This document shows positions 7,419 through 17,249 of a DNA stretch of 27,516 bases, piece by piece. Within the stretch, counting starts at the first letter, position 1, and each line of letters begins with the position of its first letter. Position numbers and translations under genes: made by a program. The notes under the pieces are model-generated. The model did no database searches and was not told the origin of the DNA. It saw only the letters and a program-made list of their open reading frames with translations. Source of the stretch: a virus. Taxonomy: Duplodnaviria; Caudoviricetes. The DNA lies in IMG/VR virus record IMGVR_UViG_3300027815_000126, positions 1-27,516 of that record. The stretch is one strand, 5' to 3'.

Positions 7419-8030
7419 TTATAATTCTTTAAGCTGCATGAGGTTTGAAACCTTATGCGTCAAAAAGGTTGTCATAATGTATTTATCCTCCGACGCCGGC
7501 ATAGTGCCGCGATGAAGATGCGTCCAAGACGCCGGAAAAAGAACCATCCGGCCTTTGACCGGCTTAATGGAAAGCTTCTGATAAAAGAATTCAGTCTCGC
7601 CACCTTCTTCAACCGTATTCAAATAGATGAGGCATGAAAAAAGGCGGTTGATCGTCGCGTCGTTGCCGGCATCAATATGCCAATCGTAAAAGCCCTGTCC
7701 CTTTTCGTACCGTGTTAAAAAATACCCTGTGTCGTATATTGAGAAGGCCTTGAGTACGCCGAACTGCTCCACATATCTTTGGAATGCGAGATTCACAAGA
7801 CCAAAAAGCGATCTATCGATCTCCGAATCCTTGCCAGCTTCTTTACTGAAATCCAAGTCCGCCGATATTTTTACTTTTTTATTAACAACATGAGCGCCGT
7901 CTTGATCGACAACACGGCCTGCAACAACGCCGGGCGAGCCCTCAAAACCAGCCGTGATTTGATCGCATAAATTGTGAGGAATTGCGCCGTCTTCGATGCA
8001 GATAAAACTATTTTCTTTGATCTCATGCAT
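7419..8030 (-). CDS. 2OG-Fe(II) oxygenase (prolyl-hydroxylase-like)
   Basis: WHID (HxD), LIYLNTVEEGGETEF, KGRMVLFP, HLHRG, KYIMT. Confidence 0.92.
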   Translation of the reverse strand: MHEIKENSFICIEDGAIPHNLCDQITAGFEGSPGVVAGRVVDQDGAHVVNKKVKISADLDFSKEAGKDSEIDRSLFGLVNLAFQRYVEQFGVLKAFSIYDTGYFLTRYEKGQGFYDWHIDAGNDATINRLFSCLIYLNTVEEGGETEFFYQKLSIKPVKGRMVLFPASWTHLHRGTMPASEDKYIMTTFLTHKVSNLMQLKEL

Positions 8031-8032
8031 GG

Positions 8033-8980
8033 CTACACCTTGATCGCAACGGCCACCGCTTCAAACGGCGGAATGAATGTGTGTTTATGCGGTGAAAATG
8101 AACACGATAACGGAGGATTTGATCCCGCCGGTTGAAACGCGCCTGAGTTATCATTTCCGGTTAAAGGCGGCTGGTTGGTATCGCCTCCAACTTTTAGAAG
8201 CGCCCCTGTTAAATTCGTTTTTGCGGCGCCCGAATCGTCTTGTTTGGCCCCCACCGGAAACTTGTCGCGTGAATCGGGCACGTTGAAAGTCGTACTGCCG
8301 TCGCCGGTCCCGTAGGTTGTTCCGATTTCGGCAAAAAGCTCGGGAAAGCGCGTTCTTGAAATCGCCGCGCCGTCGCAATGCTTCCATCCTTCCGGCAGGC
8401 TTGCGATGGTGCCGTACCACTCCATCCGCTCTCCGGGCTTCCTGCGCTCTCTGAAATTCTTGACTGACCATTTATCGATATCCGAAGAACCGTTATTTTG
8501 AAAAGAGGCGAGGACCGCGAAAGTCGTTATGCCGGTGGGCGCGGTACTACTTAAGCTAAATTTTCCTGTGATGGTGGTATTCGACGCATCGGCGGCCGCT
8601 ATCACAAAGTATCGGGTGTTGGCCGCCTCGCCGCCGGTGTCGAGATCCGCAAAAGTAAGCGTAATATCTGCCGTTAGTTTTCGCGGAACACGGATAGAAC
8701 CGCTTGCGTTGGTACACCAGATAATACCGGCCTTGATCTTAAGCGACGTGGCGCTGACCCATTCGACCCTTGCTTCATTTGCCGGATCCGCGAGATACCG
8801 AAGATACTCCAAAAGATCAATTGAGCCGCTTTGCGGTTTTCCTGATGCGCCGACAAAGGTTTCAATTGCGTCAACCGGTACGTAAGCATCGTTAACGTCA
8901 TCTGCCTGAATAATGTCGACGCCGTCTTGGAGTGCTGTTTTATTGTCGACGCCTTGCGGATAAGTGGTTGACCCTGCCAT
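8033..8980 (-). CDS. Tail fibre protein with tail collar domain
   Basis: PEGWKHCDGAAISRTRFPELFAEIGTTYGTGDGSTTFNVPD is the collar signature. Confidence 0.9.
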   Translation of the reverse strand: MAGSTTYPQGVDNKTALQDGVDIIQADDVNDAYVPVDAIETFVGASGKPQSGSIDLLEYLRYLADPANEARVEWVSATSLKIKAGIIWCTNASGSIRVPRKLTADITLTFADLDTGGEAANTRYFVIAAADASNTTITGKFSLSSTAPTGITTFAVLASFQNNGSSDIDKWSVKNFRERRKPGERMEWYGTIASLPEGWKHCDGAAISRTRFPELFAEIGTTYGTGDGSTTFNVPDSRDKFPVGAKQDDSGAAKTNLTGALLKVGGDTNQPPLTGNDNSGAFQPAGSNPPLSCSFSPHKHTFIPPFEAVAVAIKV

Positions 8981-10270
8981 TTAAAGACTCCGAAGCCTTA
9001 GTGCGTTTTGTTCAAGTTCAAGCTTTCGTAATGCGGCCGATGCTCTGGAATAACCGATGGACGTGCCGAACTGCACTTCCGCATGAACCCGCCCGTCCTC
9101 AGGACTCATCTGATATTGCACGCGGTCGACTTGATGCTTTGCGACACCGCCGTAGAGCTGGCCGGATCCTCCGTTTAAAACAGAGCCGTAATACTTATTT
9201 GATCCGCCTGCGGCGGTCGTGCCGTAAACGGCACCTGTCTGATTATTCTCTGAATCGACAATGGAAGCTGCGCCAATCGGTAAAGACGTTTCAAATCGTT
9301 TCGTTGTATTCTTCAAACTGATAGAAAGTTGCCGCGCCGGAATGCCTCTTTGACGAAGAATGCTTGTGATGAACTGGCTTGCGACGTTTGAAGTGTAGAT
9401 CGAGCCGTTGGAAATAATTTCCTCGTGCTTGCCGTAGCGGTTGATGCTCGACTGCGACTGCCCTGTCGCTTGGAAAACAACGCCCGGGCTTGCCTCGCCG
9501 CCTTCAAAGTAAATCTTGTTCACGATGTTTTTAAAATCGACCCTGTCGGTGATCTTCACTACTTTGTCGCCGAGATAAAAGACGTGCTTTAAAATCGGGT
9601 CTTGGTTGTACCAGAAAAACTGCAAGTTCTCGTTGATGCCGTATTCGACCGTCCCGAGCAAATCAAAAAGCGTTCTTATTGCTTCCTTCGCGGTCGTTTT
9701 GAAAGAAATCGAATCCGGCGAAAAGTTGCCCGATTGAATAGTGCCGCGGGTGATCCCGGAGTTTCCGACGATGAAGTTGTCGACGATGTTTTGAACAACG
9801 GCGCTCACTTCCTGATTTGTATAAACTTTGCTTGCCCCCGAGTCATGAACAATGATCCGGTCAAGCCAGCCGAAGTAGCCGGTGCATTCTATCGTGATGG
9901 ATCCTGAGTTTCCCGTCTGAATGATTGGCGACACGGCTTCCACGTATCCGCGGTACCAAAGGAGGGCCCCCGATCCCGCTTTCGGAAGATAAATTCTTAC
10001 GTCATCATCGGGGTTAACCTGGAAACCTTTGTAATTCCCGTCAACTTTAATGGTCGCCCGGCCGCACCCGCCGATACGGTTCCACTCCCACGAAAGAGCG
10101 GTGACGTGAGATTCAATGCGTCTTTTAAGCTGAAAATTCTTGTCGCGTATCTCAATGGCATACCTTGACGGAGAAATGGTGACTACCGGCGTCCCGGAAG
10201 AATAATTCCCGATTATGCCGTGATCGGGCGTAACAACGACGCTTGATGGAGATACAATCCGTGCGGTCAT
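8981..10270 (-). CDS. Tail tip/baseplate hub protein (Tal-like)
   Basis: 429 aa in the tail-tip position with hub-like motifs (LSWEWNRIGGCGRATI, DDVRIY, YRGYV, IVNKIYFEGG, SINRYG). Confidence 0.7.
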   Translation of the reverse strand: MTARIVSPSSVVVTPDHGIIGNYSSGTPVVTISPSRYAIEIRDKNFQLKRRIESHVTALSWEWNRIGGCGRATIKVDGNYKGFQVNPDDDVRIYLPKAGSGALLWYRGYVEAVSPIIQTGNSGSITIECTGYFGWLDRIIVHDSGASKVYTNQEVSAVVQNIVDNFIVGNSGITRGTIQSGNFSPDSISFKTTAKEAIRTLFDLLGTVEYGINENLQFFWYNQDPILKHVFYLGDKVVKITDRVDFKNIVNKIYFEGGEASPGVVFQATGQSQSSINRYGKHEEIISNGSIYTSNVASQFITSILRQRGIPARQLSISLKNTTKRFETSLPIGAASIVDSENNQTGAVYGTTAAGGSNKYYGSVLNGGSGQLYGGVAKHQVDRVQYQMSPEDGRVHAEVQFGTSIGYSRASAALRKLELEQNALRLRSL

Positions 10271-10867
10271 TTAGGAGGCCACCGTTCTTATTTTGTGTTC
10301 CCAGTTTCTGGCGACGCTGGTTTTCGTGAAACGAAGAATGATCTCATCGCCGTTTAAATCAGACGCCGCAAGATCAATCTTGTACCAGCCGTTTCCAACT
10401 TCGGAAGCGCTATTAGCGCAAGCCGCAAACGCTCCCGCATCTATAGAACGCTGGCACGTAATGCCCGTAAGCCCCGTTTCGGCTGTCTTGCCGTCGGTAT
10501 CGTCAACCATGAGAAACATATAGTTCGCGTGGGCAATATTTTTCTTATACGCGATATCCACAATATCGCCGGGCTCTTTGGGGTACATGGTCAAAACGGT
10601 CGTTTTCGCACCGCTGGTCGTCGTTTTCACGATAACGACAACGCCATCGGCGTTCATTTCGGAGGCGGTTAGATCGAGATAATAAATTCCCTGCCCTATG
10701 TCAGTTGCTTCGTTCGTGCAGTCGGCCAAGGCCCCGCCGTCTTTTGAAACTTCTGAATCGAGCCCCGCGGCACTGGCCACCGGGTCCCCGTCGGCGTCAT
10801 AGATTGCAAAATATGCTCTGTAAGCTTGGTTTTTTATCGGAATCGGTTTAGCGTCGGTGGCGGCCAT
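10271..10867 (-). CDS. Virion structural protein with two tandem ~95-aa beta domains
   Basis: Internal duplication: DGGALADCTNEATDIGQGIYYLDLTASEMNAD vs DAGAFAACANSASEVGNGWYKIDLAASDLNGD. Confidence 0.7.
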   Translation of the reverse strand: MAATDAKPIPIKNQAYRAYFAIYDADGDPVASAAGLDSEVSKDGGALADCTNEATDIGQGIYYLDLTASEMNADGVVVIVKTTTSGAKTTVLTMYPKEPGDIVDIAYKKNIAHANYMFLMVDDTDGKTAETGLTGITCQRSIDAGAFAACANSASEVGNGWYKIDLAASDLNGDEIILRFTKTSVARNWEHKIRTVAS

Positions 10868-10876
10868 GGTTTCTCC

Positions 10877-12133
10877 CTATCTTGTTACTTCATTAAAAAA
10901 CTTTGTGCGCTGGTGCGGTGTGTTGTCATGGCGCACGCGCGAGGGCTGTCCGGCGGCGCCGATGGCAAAGAAGTTGTATTCTCTCCCCGTTGCGTCGGCG
11001 GTTGTCTGGTTTAAAGTAAATCCGTCGCCGTCCATCGAAACGACATCCACATCCGCATTAACGGTCGGCGGCAGTGAGGCGCCTGCGGTGATGTGCTGCA
11101 AACAGCGGTTTGACGCTTGTTTCTTATGCGCCTGCATATTTGCTTGGTTGTCGCGTGAATCATTCGCCGTCGCAAAGCGCTCGGAAGAACTCACTCCAAC
11201 ACCGATGCAAAAATTCCCCTGCGCAGTAATCACACCGCTTGGAGCCTTCGATTGAGATAAAAAGAGAATCGCTTGCGGCGAAAAACCCAAGCCCGTCTTG
11301 GAAAAGTTCCCCGTTGAAGTCGGCTCGACGTCTAAGGCGGCGTAACAGCGAACGTTTGCGCCGCCGATAGCCACGTATCCCCAGCGCGTGGCTGTTGCCG
11401 CTGAATTCGTTGACCAGTTGAGTGTAAAACCGTCCGAGTCAAGCGAGGTGAGACTTGCCTCTTTTGTAACGGTGAACTGATGGCGTCTGCAGATGGAGCT
11501 TGCGACCTGCGAGCCTTCGGTGTCAGAGGTGATCGCCGCATCGTCGCAAGAAATGGCATTTACCGTATTCCGGCCGGAGGAGCCGAACCCGATGGTATAA
11601 ACAAGATCCCCGACATAACCTTCGGCTGTATTAATAGTGCCGTTCGCCACAATGAGTCCAACCGGCGCAAAACCCACGCCCGTAATCGCCTGAGAGCCGG
11701 TTGTGGTGAGCGAATCAAATATCCCCACTTCGACGTCCACGTCATCGCCCGCGATTGCGAGAAAATAAACCACGCGCGAAGCAGCCGGAGCAGTCGTCCA
11801 ATTAATCGTGAAGCCGTCCGAATCCATCGAAACAAAATCCGCTTCCATGAGCGTCGTGTCTGTGGGTTGCGCGGAGACGATACACTTATTACTCCGAAAC
11901 CCCTTGCAAGTGTTGGCCGTGGCCAAGGTGTCATCGTCGTGCGCGGAGGCGCACCATCTTTTCGTTGAACTTTTTGCCGCGCCAAAAAAGGGGTTAAGAT
12001 CAGACTGCCCGCTGTCTTCGGCGGTAGCAGCGGCGCTGAAGAATAGAATAAGCTTCGGCAGGAAACCGAGGCCTGTAACGGCTTGGTTTCCTGTCGCGGT
12101 ATTCGTTGTAAAACTACCGGCCTTGACGTTCAT
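10877..12133 (-). CDS. Putative virion adhesin/structural protein with three ~130-aa repeats
   Basis: Three copies of TG[LV]GFxP...S[ML]DxDGFT[IL]N...[FY]xAI. Confidence 0.7.
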   Translation of the reverse strand: MNVKAGSFTTNTATGNQAVTGLGFLPKLILFFSAAATAEDSGQSDLNPFFGAAKSSTKRWCASAHDDDTLATANTCKGFRSNKCIVSAQPTDTTLMEADFVSMDSDGFTINWTTAPAASRVVYFLAIAGDDVDVEVGIFDSLTTTGSQAITGVGFAPVGLIVANGTINTAEGYVGDLVYTIGFGSSGRNTVNAISCDDAAITSDTEGSQVASSICRRHQFTVTKEASLTSLDSDGFTLNWSTNSAATATRWGYVAIGGANVRCYAALDVEPTSTGNFSKTGLGFSPQAILFLSQSKAPSGVITAQGNFCIGVGVSSSERFATANDSRDNQANMQAHKKQASNRCLQHITAGASLPPTVNADVDVVSMDGDGFTLNQTTADATGREYNFFAIGAAGQPSRVRHDNTPHQRTKFFNEVTR

Positions 12134-12463
12134 TTATCCGATGTAGTCCTTTAGCTTTTGAAGAACGTCCGCAAGCTTGTCGTCGCCGCGGTCATTGAGA
12201 ATAGTTACGGTTTCATCAAGGGCTTGGCTAAGTTCTCTTTTTTTCTTTCTTCCGGGGTTTTGAATATCCGCGTACAGTTCAACTTCCTCCGGCGTCGCCC
12301 CGACGATTGTTTGGTTATCCGCCAGAAGCTTCGGATTCTCCACATTCAAAAAAACCTTAAAGCCAGCCGGAACGATTTCCTCGGTCGGCAATATCAGCGG
12401 ATCCTCGTCTGTCGTGACCGCCCGTATGATTCTTGTCGTTTTATCGATGATGATCTTGTCCAC
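12134..12463 (-). CDS. Phage hypothetical protein (tail region)
   Basis: 109 aa, GTG start with AAGGAGG RBS, abuts the next gene. Confidence 0.7.
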   Translation of the reverse strand: MDKIIIDKTTRIIRAVTTDEDPLILPTEEIVPAGFKVFLNVENPKLLADNQTIVGATPEEVELYADIQNPGRKKKRELSQALDETVTILNDRGDDKLADVLQKLKDYIG

Positions 12464-12481
12464 TATCCGCCTCCTTTTCGA

Positions 12482-13246
12482 TCAGTAATATGCCGCTCTA
12501 AATTCGATCTCGATCCTTGTACTTCCCGTGCCTGTAAAAACAAGCGTGTTATCTCCGGGATTGAGCGTCAAAAAATCCCCTTCGAAGTTTTTGATATCAT
12601 CGACCCCGTCATTTGTGACGGAAAGATCCTCCGAATCCATTCGATTATTGATTACAAGATTTTTCCCCATTAAAACCGTTGCCCGGTACTGCATGGTTTC
12701 CCCCGTCGTCTGGTTTTCAAGCCTGCAGTTGTCGATGATGTTGCCTGAGGCGTTGGAAATCCGAACCCTGACCCTCGATGGGGCGTTTCCCGGGTTATTG
12801 ACGACAAAAGGGGTTGTGCTTATTGCCGGGTTCTCGTCATGAGTCGTGACGCTTGAGCCGTACCAAAAGGGGTCGGACGCCACCAGATCCACCGAAAAAT
12901 CTGCGAACGTCCGAAGCGTCTTATATGAATACGCGAAATTCCGGTACTGGACTTTAAGGATTCGATCATCATCCAGCGTCAAATTCTGTTCGGATGAGCC
13001 CTCAAACGCGCCTTTTAAATCATCGAGTTTCGATCTTAGGTTGTCGTAGTTTGAGCCGGTGATTGTCCCGCGGATTCTAACGTTTAATGTTTTCCGTTTC
13101 CCGATAGGCACAACCGATCCGTGAAACTTCGGAAGATCAAATTCTTGAATGCTTTTGGCAACACTGATATTCATATCTTCGACCGCAACGTTGTTGTTGC
13201 TGTCGAGATCAAGCGTCCCAATATTTATGTCGATTTCATCAGCCAT
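12482..13246 (-). CDS. Distal tail protein (Dit)
   Basis: Directly after the TMP. ASDPFWY, NNPGNAP, GDFLTLNPGDNTL, C-terminal FRAAYY are typical siphophage Dit motifs. Confidence 0.85.
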   Translation of the reverse strand: MADEIDINIGTLDLDSNNNVAVEDMNISVAKSIQEFDLPKFHGSVVPIGKRKTLNVRIRGTITGSNYDNLRSKLDDLKGAFEGSSEQNLTLDDDRILKVQYRNFAYSYKTLRTFADFSVDLVASDPFWYGSSVTTHDENPAISTTPFVVNNPGNAPSRVRVRISNASGNIIDNCRLENQTTGETMQYRATVLMGKNLVINNRMDSEDLSVTNDGVDDIKNFEGDFLTLNPGDNTLVFTGTGSTRIEIEFRAAYY

Positions 13247-15063
13247 TAAAGTCTTTCCCTTTCAACGTCGATAAACTGCGACAGCCGGGGCCCGATATTC
13301 CTTACAACTTGATCCGCCAGATTGTCAGGAGTAAAAACAGGATTATTGATCACGATCTGGATGTGATAGACATTCCCGCCTGAACTTTGATTTGGAGAAA
13401 CCATAGCGCCGCGAGGTAGATTCAGTAGTTCAGGTCCCCGCTCACCCACAAGAACGGCTCCCGTGCGCGTGACGGTGCCTCCACCGGCAAGACCCGGAAT
13501 ATTGGGAAGCTCGAGTTCTTTATTTTTTGATTCGTTCAGCGCCTTTTCGGCGGCATTAATCTGGCTAAAAGCGTTAGCCGCGCTCACAATGACGGCGGCA
13601 AGCTCGATGGCGGCGGTGATTCGCGCAAGCGGGTTCACGGCTGCTTTGATCGCTATAATCGCTTTTGCAGCGGCAACGCTGGCATTTAAAACCACCGATA
13701 TCCCTTTTAGGGCGCTTGATCCTGTTGCAATCGAAAGCTCTTGGCTTAAATTGGCCACAGCCGATGCCAGCTGAAACTGAAGTTTAAATTTTTGAAGCTC
13801 GGCCTTTAAAACCGCTTCTTGTGTTTTTTGGTGGTTTTCAAGCTCCGCTTCGCTGATCGCTTTTTTGTATTGAAGTAACTTTGCTTGCGTGGCTTTATCA
13901 AGATCCGCGGCTTTTAAAAATGCATCGATTTTCTTTTGTTCTTTTTCGAGATAAGCTTGTGTTTCCTGCTCTTTAATAAGTTTTGCGGTCTCGGAACCTG
14001 AAATTAGCTGATTTAACTTTGAATCATTAAATAGCCGGTCGATCTCATCCATCCGCTGATTATGAAGAACCTGATCGGCTTCTAACTGGGCATTGACTTG
14101 GGCGTGTAAATCGGTAAGGCCTCTTAAGAAATTTTCTTCCGAAGAAGGCCTCGCTTGATTATTTTGAGCTTCCCCGCCCGAGGCAATGGCTGAAGCATTC
14201 TGCTGCTGTAAAAACCGGGCGATATCGGGATTCTGTTTATTCGCCTCCATAAACTTTTTCGAGCGATCACCCTCGGATTCTGCGTTGATCTTCTTAAGAC
14301 TCTCGGCAAGATCGAGCGCTCCTTTTGTCATGCCGGCCATAGCCGCCTGAACACCCGGCGACTTAATAACGAAATTCCCGAGCTCCGCTAAAACCTCATG
14401 GATGGCGTTCCCCAGCTGCGCCTGTGCGCCCGAGAAGTTTTTTACATCCTCGGTCGCGGCCGAGCCAAAGCGCGTGGAAAGAATTTCTAAGAGCTGGTCG
14501 TACTGCTCGGATTTTGTTTTATTTTCGTCAAGCTCGATGCCCCATTTCTTTAAAGCCGTAAGATTGCCTTCGGCGGCCTTTGCCATAATGAGGGCTGCTT
14601 GCGGAAGATCCCGGCCCGTTACCGTCGCAAGATTAAGCGTTGCCCGCGTAATCTTATCCATCTGACTCGGGCCCACGTTGCCGAGATTTATAAGGGTTGT
14701 GATTGTCTCTTCTAGGGCGCTTTTACTAAACCGCGTCGACCGGGAAAGACTATCTGCTAAGTCCTCATACTTTTTCGATAAGGCATCGGTCGTGAAACCT
14801 TGATTTTGAAGCGCCATCGTAAGCCTGTGAAAGGCTTCCTCATCTTTTTGGGCTTCAACGACGGCACTTTTCATGAGCTCAATGACAGGCCCGATGGCTT
14901 TTTCCACGATAAAAAGCTGGGAAGCAAACCCCGCCCAGCCCAGATTCATCGAATCGGTGGAGCTTTTTGAATTATCGCCAATTTGTTTTAGAGCGCCGTT
15001 AAGTTTCCCCAAGGCGTCTTTATCGTCCAAGAGAAGCTTTATGCTTAGCGTTGTGTCGCTCAT
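13246..15063 (-). CDS. Tail tape measure protein
   Basis: 605 aa, Ala-rich helical, C-terminal LAGGGTV...VGERGPELL motif, follows the chaperones. Confidence 0.9.
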   Translation of the reverse strand: MSDTTLSIKLLLDDKDALGKLNGALKQIGDNSKSSTDSMNLGWAGFASQLFIVEKAIGPVIELMKSAVVEAQKDEEAFHRLTMALQNQGFTTDALSKKYEDLADSLSRSTRFSKSALEETITTLINLGNVGPSQMDKITRATLNLATVTGRDLPQAALIMAKAAEGNLTALKKWGIELDENKTKSEQYDQLLEILSTRFGSAATEDVKNFSGAQAQLGNAIHEVLAELGNFVIKSPGVQAAMAGMTKGALDLAESLKKINAESEGDRSKKFMEANKQNPDIARFLQQQNASAIASGGEAQNNQARPSSEENFLRGLTDLHAQVNAQLEADQVLHNQRMDEIDRLFNDSKLNQLISGSETAKLIKEQETQAYLEKEQKKIDAFLKAADLDKATQAKLLQYKKAISEAELENHQKTQEAVLKAELQKFKLQFQLASAVANLSQELSIATGSSALKGISVVLNASVAAAKAIIAIKAAVNPLARITAAIELAAVIVSAANAFSQINAAEKALNESKNKELELPNIPGLAGGGTVTRTGAVLVGERGPELLNLPRGAMVSPNQSSGGNVYHIQIVINNPVFTPDNLADQVVRNIGPRLSQFIDVERERL

Positions 15064-15395
15064 GACTTTATTTCCCGTTTAAGTTTTTCCGCGAACAAAT
15101 AATCCATGTAATTACAAATCTCAACAATCCGGTTTGGCTGATCGAGATATCCGCCCGGATACGGCAAAAAACCTTTTTCACGCCAATTGTGAAGCTCATA
15201 GGCGAATTTGATGAGTCCGCCTTCTTTTAGATAAAAACCCGGACACCGATCAATCACGATGCCGTCAAACTTGAAGCAAGCACTTTCCGGCTTTGGTCTG
15301 TCACAGCCCATGATTTCCCGGACCGCCGGTGCGGCCGTCTCGCATTCGTGGGATTTAACGAGCTCCGACTGCAAGACAGCGATGATTAGTTTTTT
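15060..15395 (-). CDS. Tail assembly chaperone GT extension (via -1 frameshift)
   Basis: The -1 frame is open from the slippery site (KLIIAVLQSELV...LPYPGGYLDQPN) and overlaps the TMP start (ATGA). Confidence 0.8.
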   Translation of the reverse strand, partial: KKLIIAVLQSELVKSHECETAAPAVREIMGCDRPKPESACFKFDGIVIDRCPGFYLKEGGLIKFAYELHNWREKGFLPYPGGYLDQPNRIVEICNYMDYLFAEKLKREIKS

Positions 15396-15805
15396 AGGTC
15401 TTGCCCTGTCATGGTGTTCAAGGCAATCACTTCACTCGCCAAAATATAGGTAATGTGAAGACGCTCATAAGCGTCCAATGTCTCCTCGGACACGAGGCCT
15501 TTTTCGTCAGAAACAAAAGGAACGCCTGACCCGTCCTTTTTCGTGATGCCGGTATGCCCCGTGACGCTCTGCTTGATGAAATCTCTAAAAACCTCATGAA
15601 GCTTTTCGTTCACCTCTTCGTACTTTTGGGGATCCTGCGCTTTCAAACTCTCGAAGCTTTCCTTCGTGACTTTGTTACTCATCTCCCTCAAAAAAGAGAG
15701 CCTTGAAATGAGACTGCGATACGTTTTCGCGGGCAACGCCCTCACGCTGAATACCGCGTCTTTCACCTTCACTTCGTGCTTGTCCGTCAAATCGGGAATG
15801 ATCAT
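15386..15805 (-). CDS. Tail assembly chaperone G
   Basis: Lies between tail tube and TMP and ends in the slippery heptamer. Confidence 0.8.
   Translation of the reverse strand: MIIPDLTDKHEVKVKDAVFSVRALPAKTYRSLISRLSFLREMSNKVTKESFESLKAQDPQKYEEVNEKLHEVFRDFIKQSVTGHTGITKKDGSGVPFVSDEKGLVSEETLDAYERLHITYILASEVIALNTMTGQDLKN
15389..15395 (-). promoter_or_regulatory. -1 ribosomal frameshift slippery heptamer A AAA AAC
   Basis: CTA AAA AAC TAA at the end of chaperone G. Confidence 0.85.
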
Positions 15806-15842
15806 TTTTACCCTTTCTTTTTCGGTTAAAGTTACTTAGAAA

Positions 15843-16769
15843 TCATGTAAAAACAATCGCATACTCATCATCCGCAGCCGAACGCGCCATCTGAAACGGC
15901 AGCTTATGAACAAGGATGCCGTCTGACGCGTCATAAGGAATGTTATTCAGGCGGCATTGATTTGCAGTGATCGTGCAGATATTCCCGGCACTTGCTCCGA
16001 TAGCAAGGCTTAAAACCTGCACGGTATCGGCTTCAAACTTCGTGTACCAGTTTTTCGTGCCAAGCGTTGTCGCCTCAACCGTGATCTCGCCTTCGGGATT
16101 TCGGTCAACGACGTCAAAACCGCGGATCCCGTGAGTCGCCGTCAAATCCCCGCGCTCGGTGATCTTGTTGCCCTGTTTCAACATGAGCTCACGAATAATC
16201 GCGGCGTATGCGTCCATCGTCGCCGTGAGATTCTTTAGAACCACGGGCACCGTCGAATCGTACGTTGGGCTTGCCGGAAGCGCTTGATCTGTAGGCGTGG
16301 CATAGAGGCACTTTATTTTGAATTTGAGCTTTGCAACTTCACCGGCAACACCCGAAAATTCCATATCGCCCACACAGCCCATGAGAATATGGCGCACCCC
16401 GTCCATGAAAAGATAGATCGTGCAGGACTGGAGCGACCCCGAACGCGGCGCGTAGGTGACGCTGACACCGGCGCTCACGGTTTCGGTGTGATCGCACGCT
16501 TTCAAAAGATCCCCGACCCCGCGAGGGGCGGTGCCGGCAGCACCCGAGCCTTTAAGTTCCACATAAAACGAAAGCTCGTATTTTCTTTTGCCCCCCAAAC
16601 TCTTTAATTTGGATTTACTGACTGCAAAGTCGTCTCGCTCCAACGTTTCGTGCTGGGGATCCAGCTTTACGTCAAATGCCTGGATGGCATTTGCCGCACC
16701 CGTCGGCACCGAATCCGTGCCGTAGGTTCCTTCGACCTTCGCGTACATAACTCCAAGTGCTGATCTCAT
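15843..16769 (-). CDS. Major tail tube protein
   Basis: 308 aa, AKVEGTYGTD start, ELKGSGAAGTAP, SCTIY, position in the tail operon. Confidence 0.85.
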   Translation of the reverse strand: MRSALGVMYAKVEGTYGTDSVPTGAANAIQAFDVKLDPQHETLERDDFAVSKSKLKSLGGKRKYELSFYVELKGSGAAGTAPRGVGDLLKACDHTETVSAGVSVTYAPRSGSLQSCTIYLFMDGVRHILMGCVGDMEFSGVAGEVAKLKFKIKCLYATPTDQALPASPTYDSTVPVVLKNLTATMDAYAAIIRELMLKQGNKITERGDLTATHGIRGFDVVDRNPEGEITVEATTLGTKNWYTKFEADTVQVLSLAIGASAGNICTITANQCRLNNIPYDASDGILVHKLPFQMARSAADDEYAIVFT

Positions 16770-16784
16770 TTTGATCTCCCTTTT

Positions 16785-17249
16785 TTACATAACCGTTTTC
16801 GGATTTATTTGAGCGTGGCGGTATTTGACTTCAACCGTTATCACGAGCCCCACTTCCCCCTGGCCTTCAATCGTGTCGAACGGCTCGACCGCCGTGATTG
16901 ACGTATCGATGGCGTTTCCCCCGCGCGTGATGTCCTCTTTTAATTTCTTTTTGATGTCCCCTAAGAGACTGTTTAAAACGGTATCCGGCGCGTTTGGAGA
17001 TCCTTCGTCGATGCGCGTCCAAAGAGTGAGAAAAACTTTCAGACTGCATGTCGTAAGCGGATAGGCGTTGTCTGATCCGTCTTCAGGACCGGAATTGACG
17101 ATAATTGTCGGAACAGATGCCAAAGTGTTGCCGTTTACATCCCACTGCTGGACGCTTGCGATGTTGTTGTCAAAGCCGTTGGCAACTGAAATAAGAGAAA
17201 GTGCCGATTTTATGTTTTGGAAAATATTTTCACGGACGGTATTCGGCAT
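16785..17249 (-). CDS. Tail terminator (gpU-like)
   Basis: 154 aa acidic, RENI, DITRGG.A, position before the tube gene. Confidence 0.7.
   Translation of the reverse strand: MPNTVRENIFQNIKSALSLISVANGFDNNIASVQQWDVNGNTLASVPTIIVNSGPEDGSDNAYPLTTCSLKVFLTLWTRIDEGSPNAPDTVLNSLLGDIKKKLKEDITRGGNAIDTSITAVEPFDTIEGQGEVGLVITVEVKYRHAQINPKTVM

Noticed and set aside
8033-8300. Diversity-generating retroelement target in the tail fibre
   Set aside because: No reverse transcriptase and no template/variable repeat pair noticed in the window.
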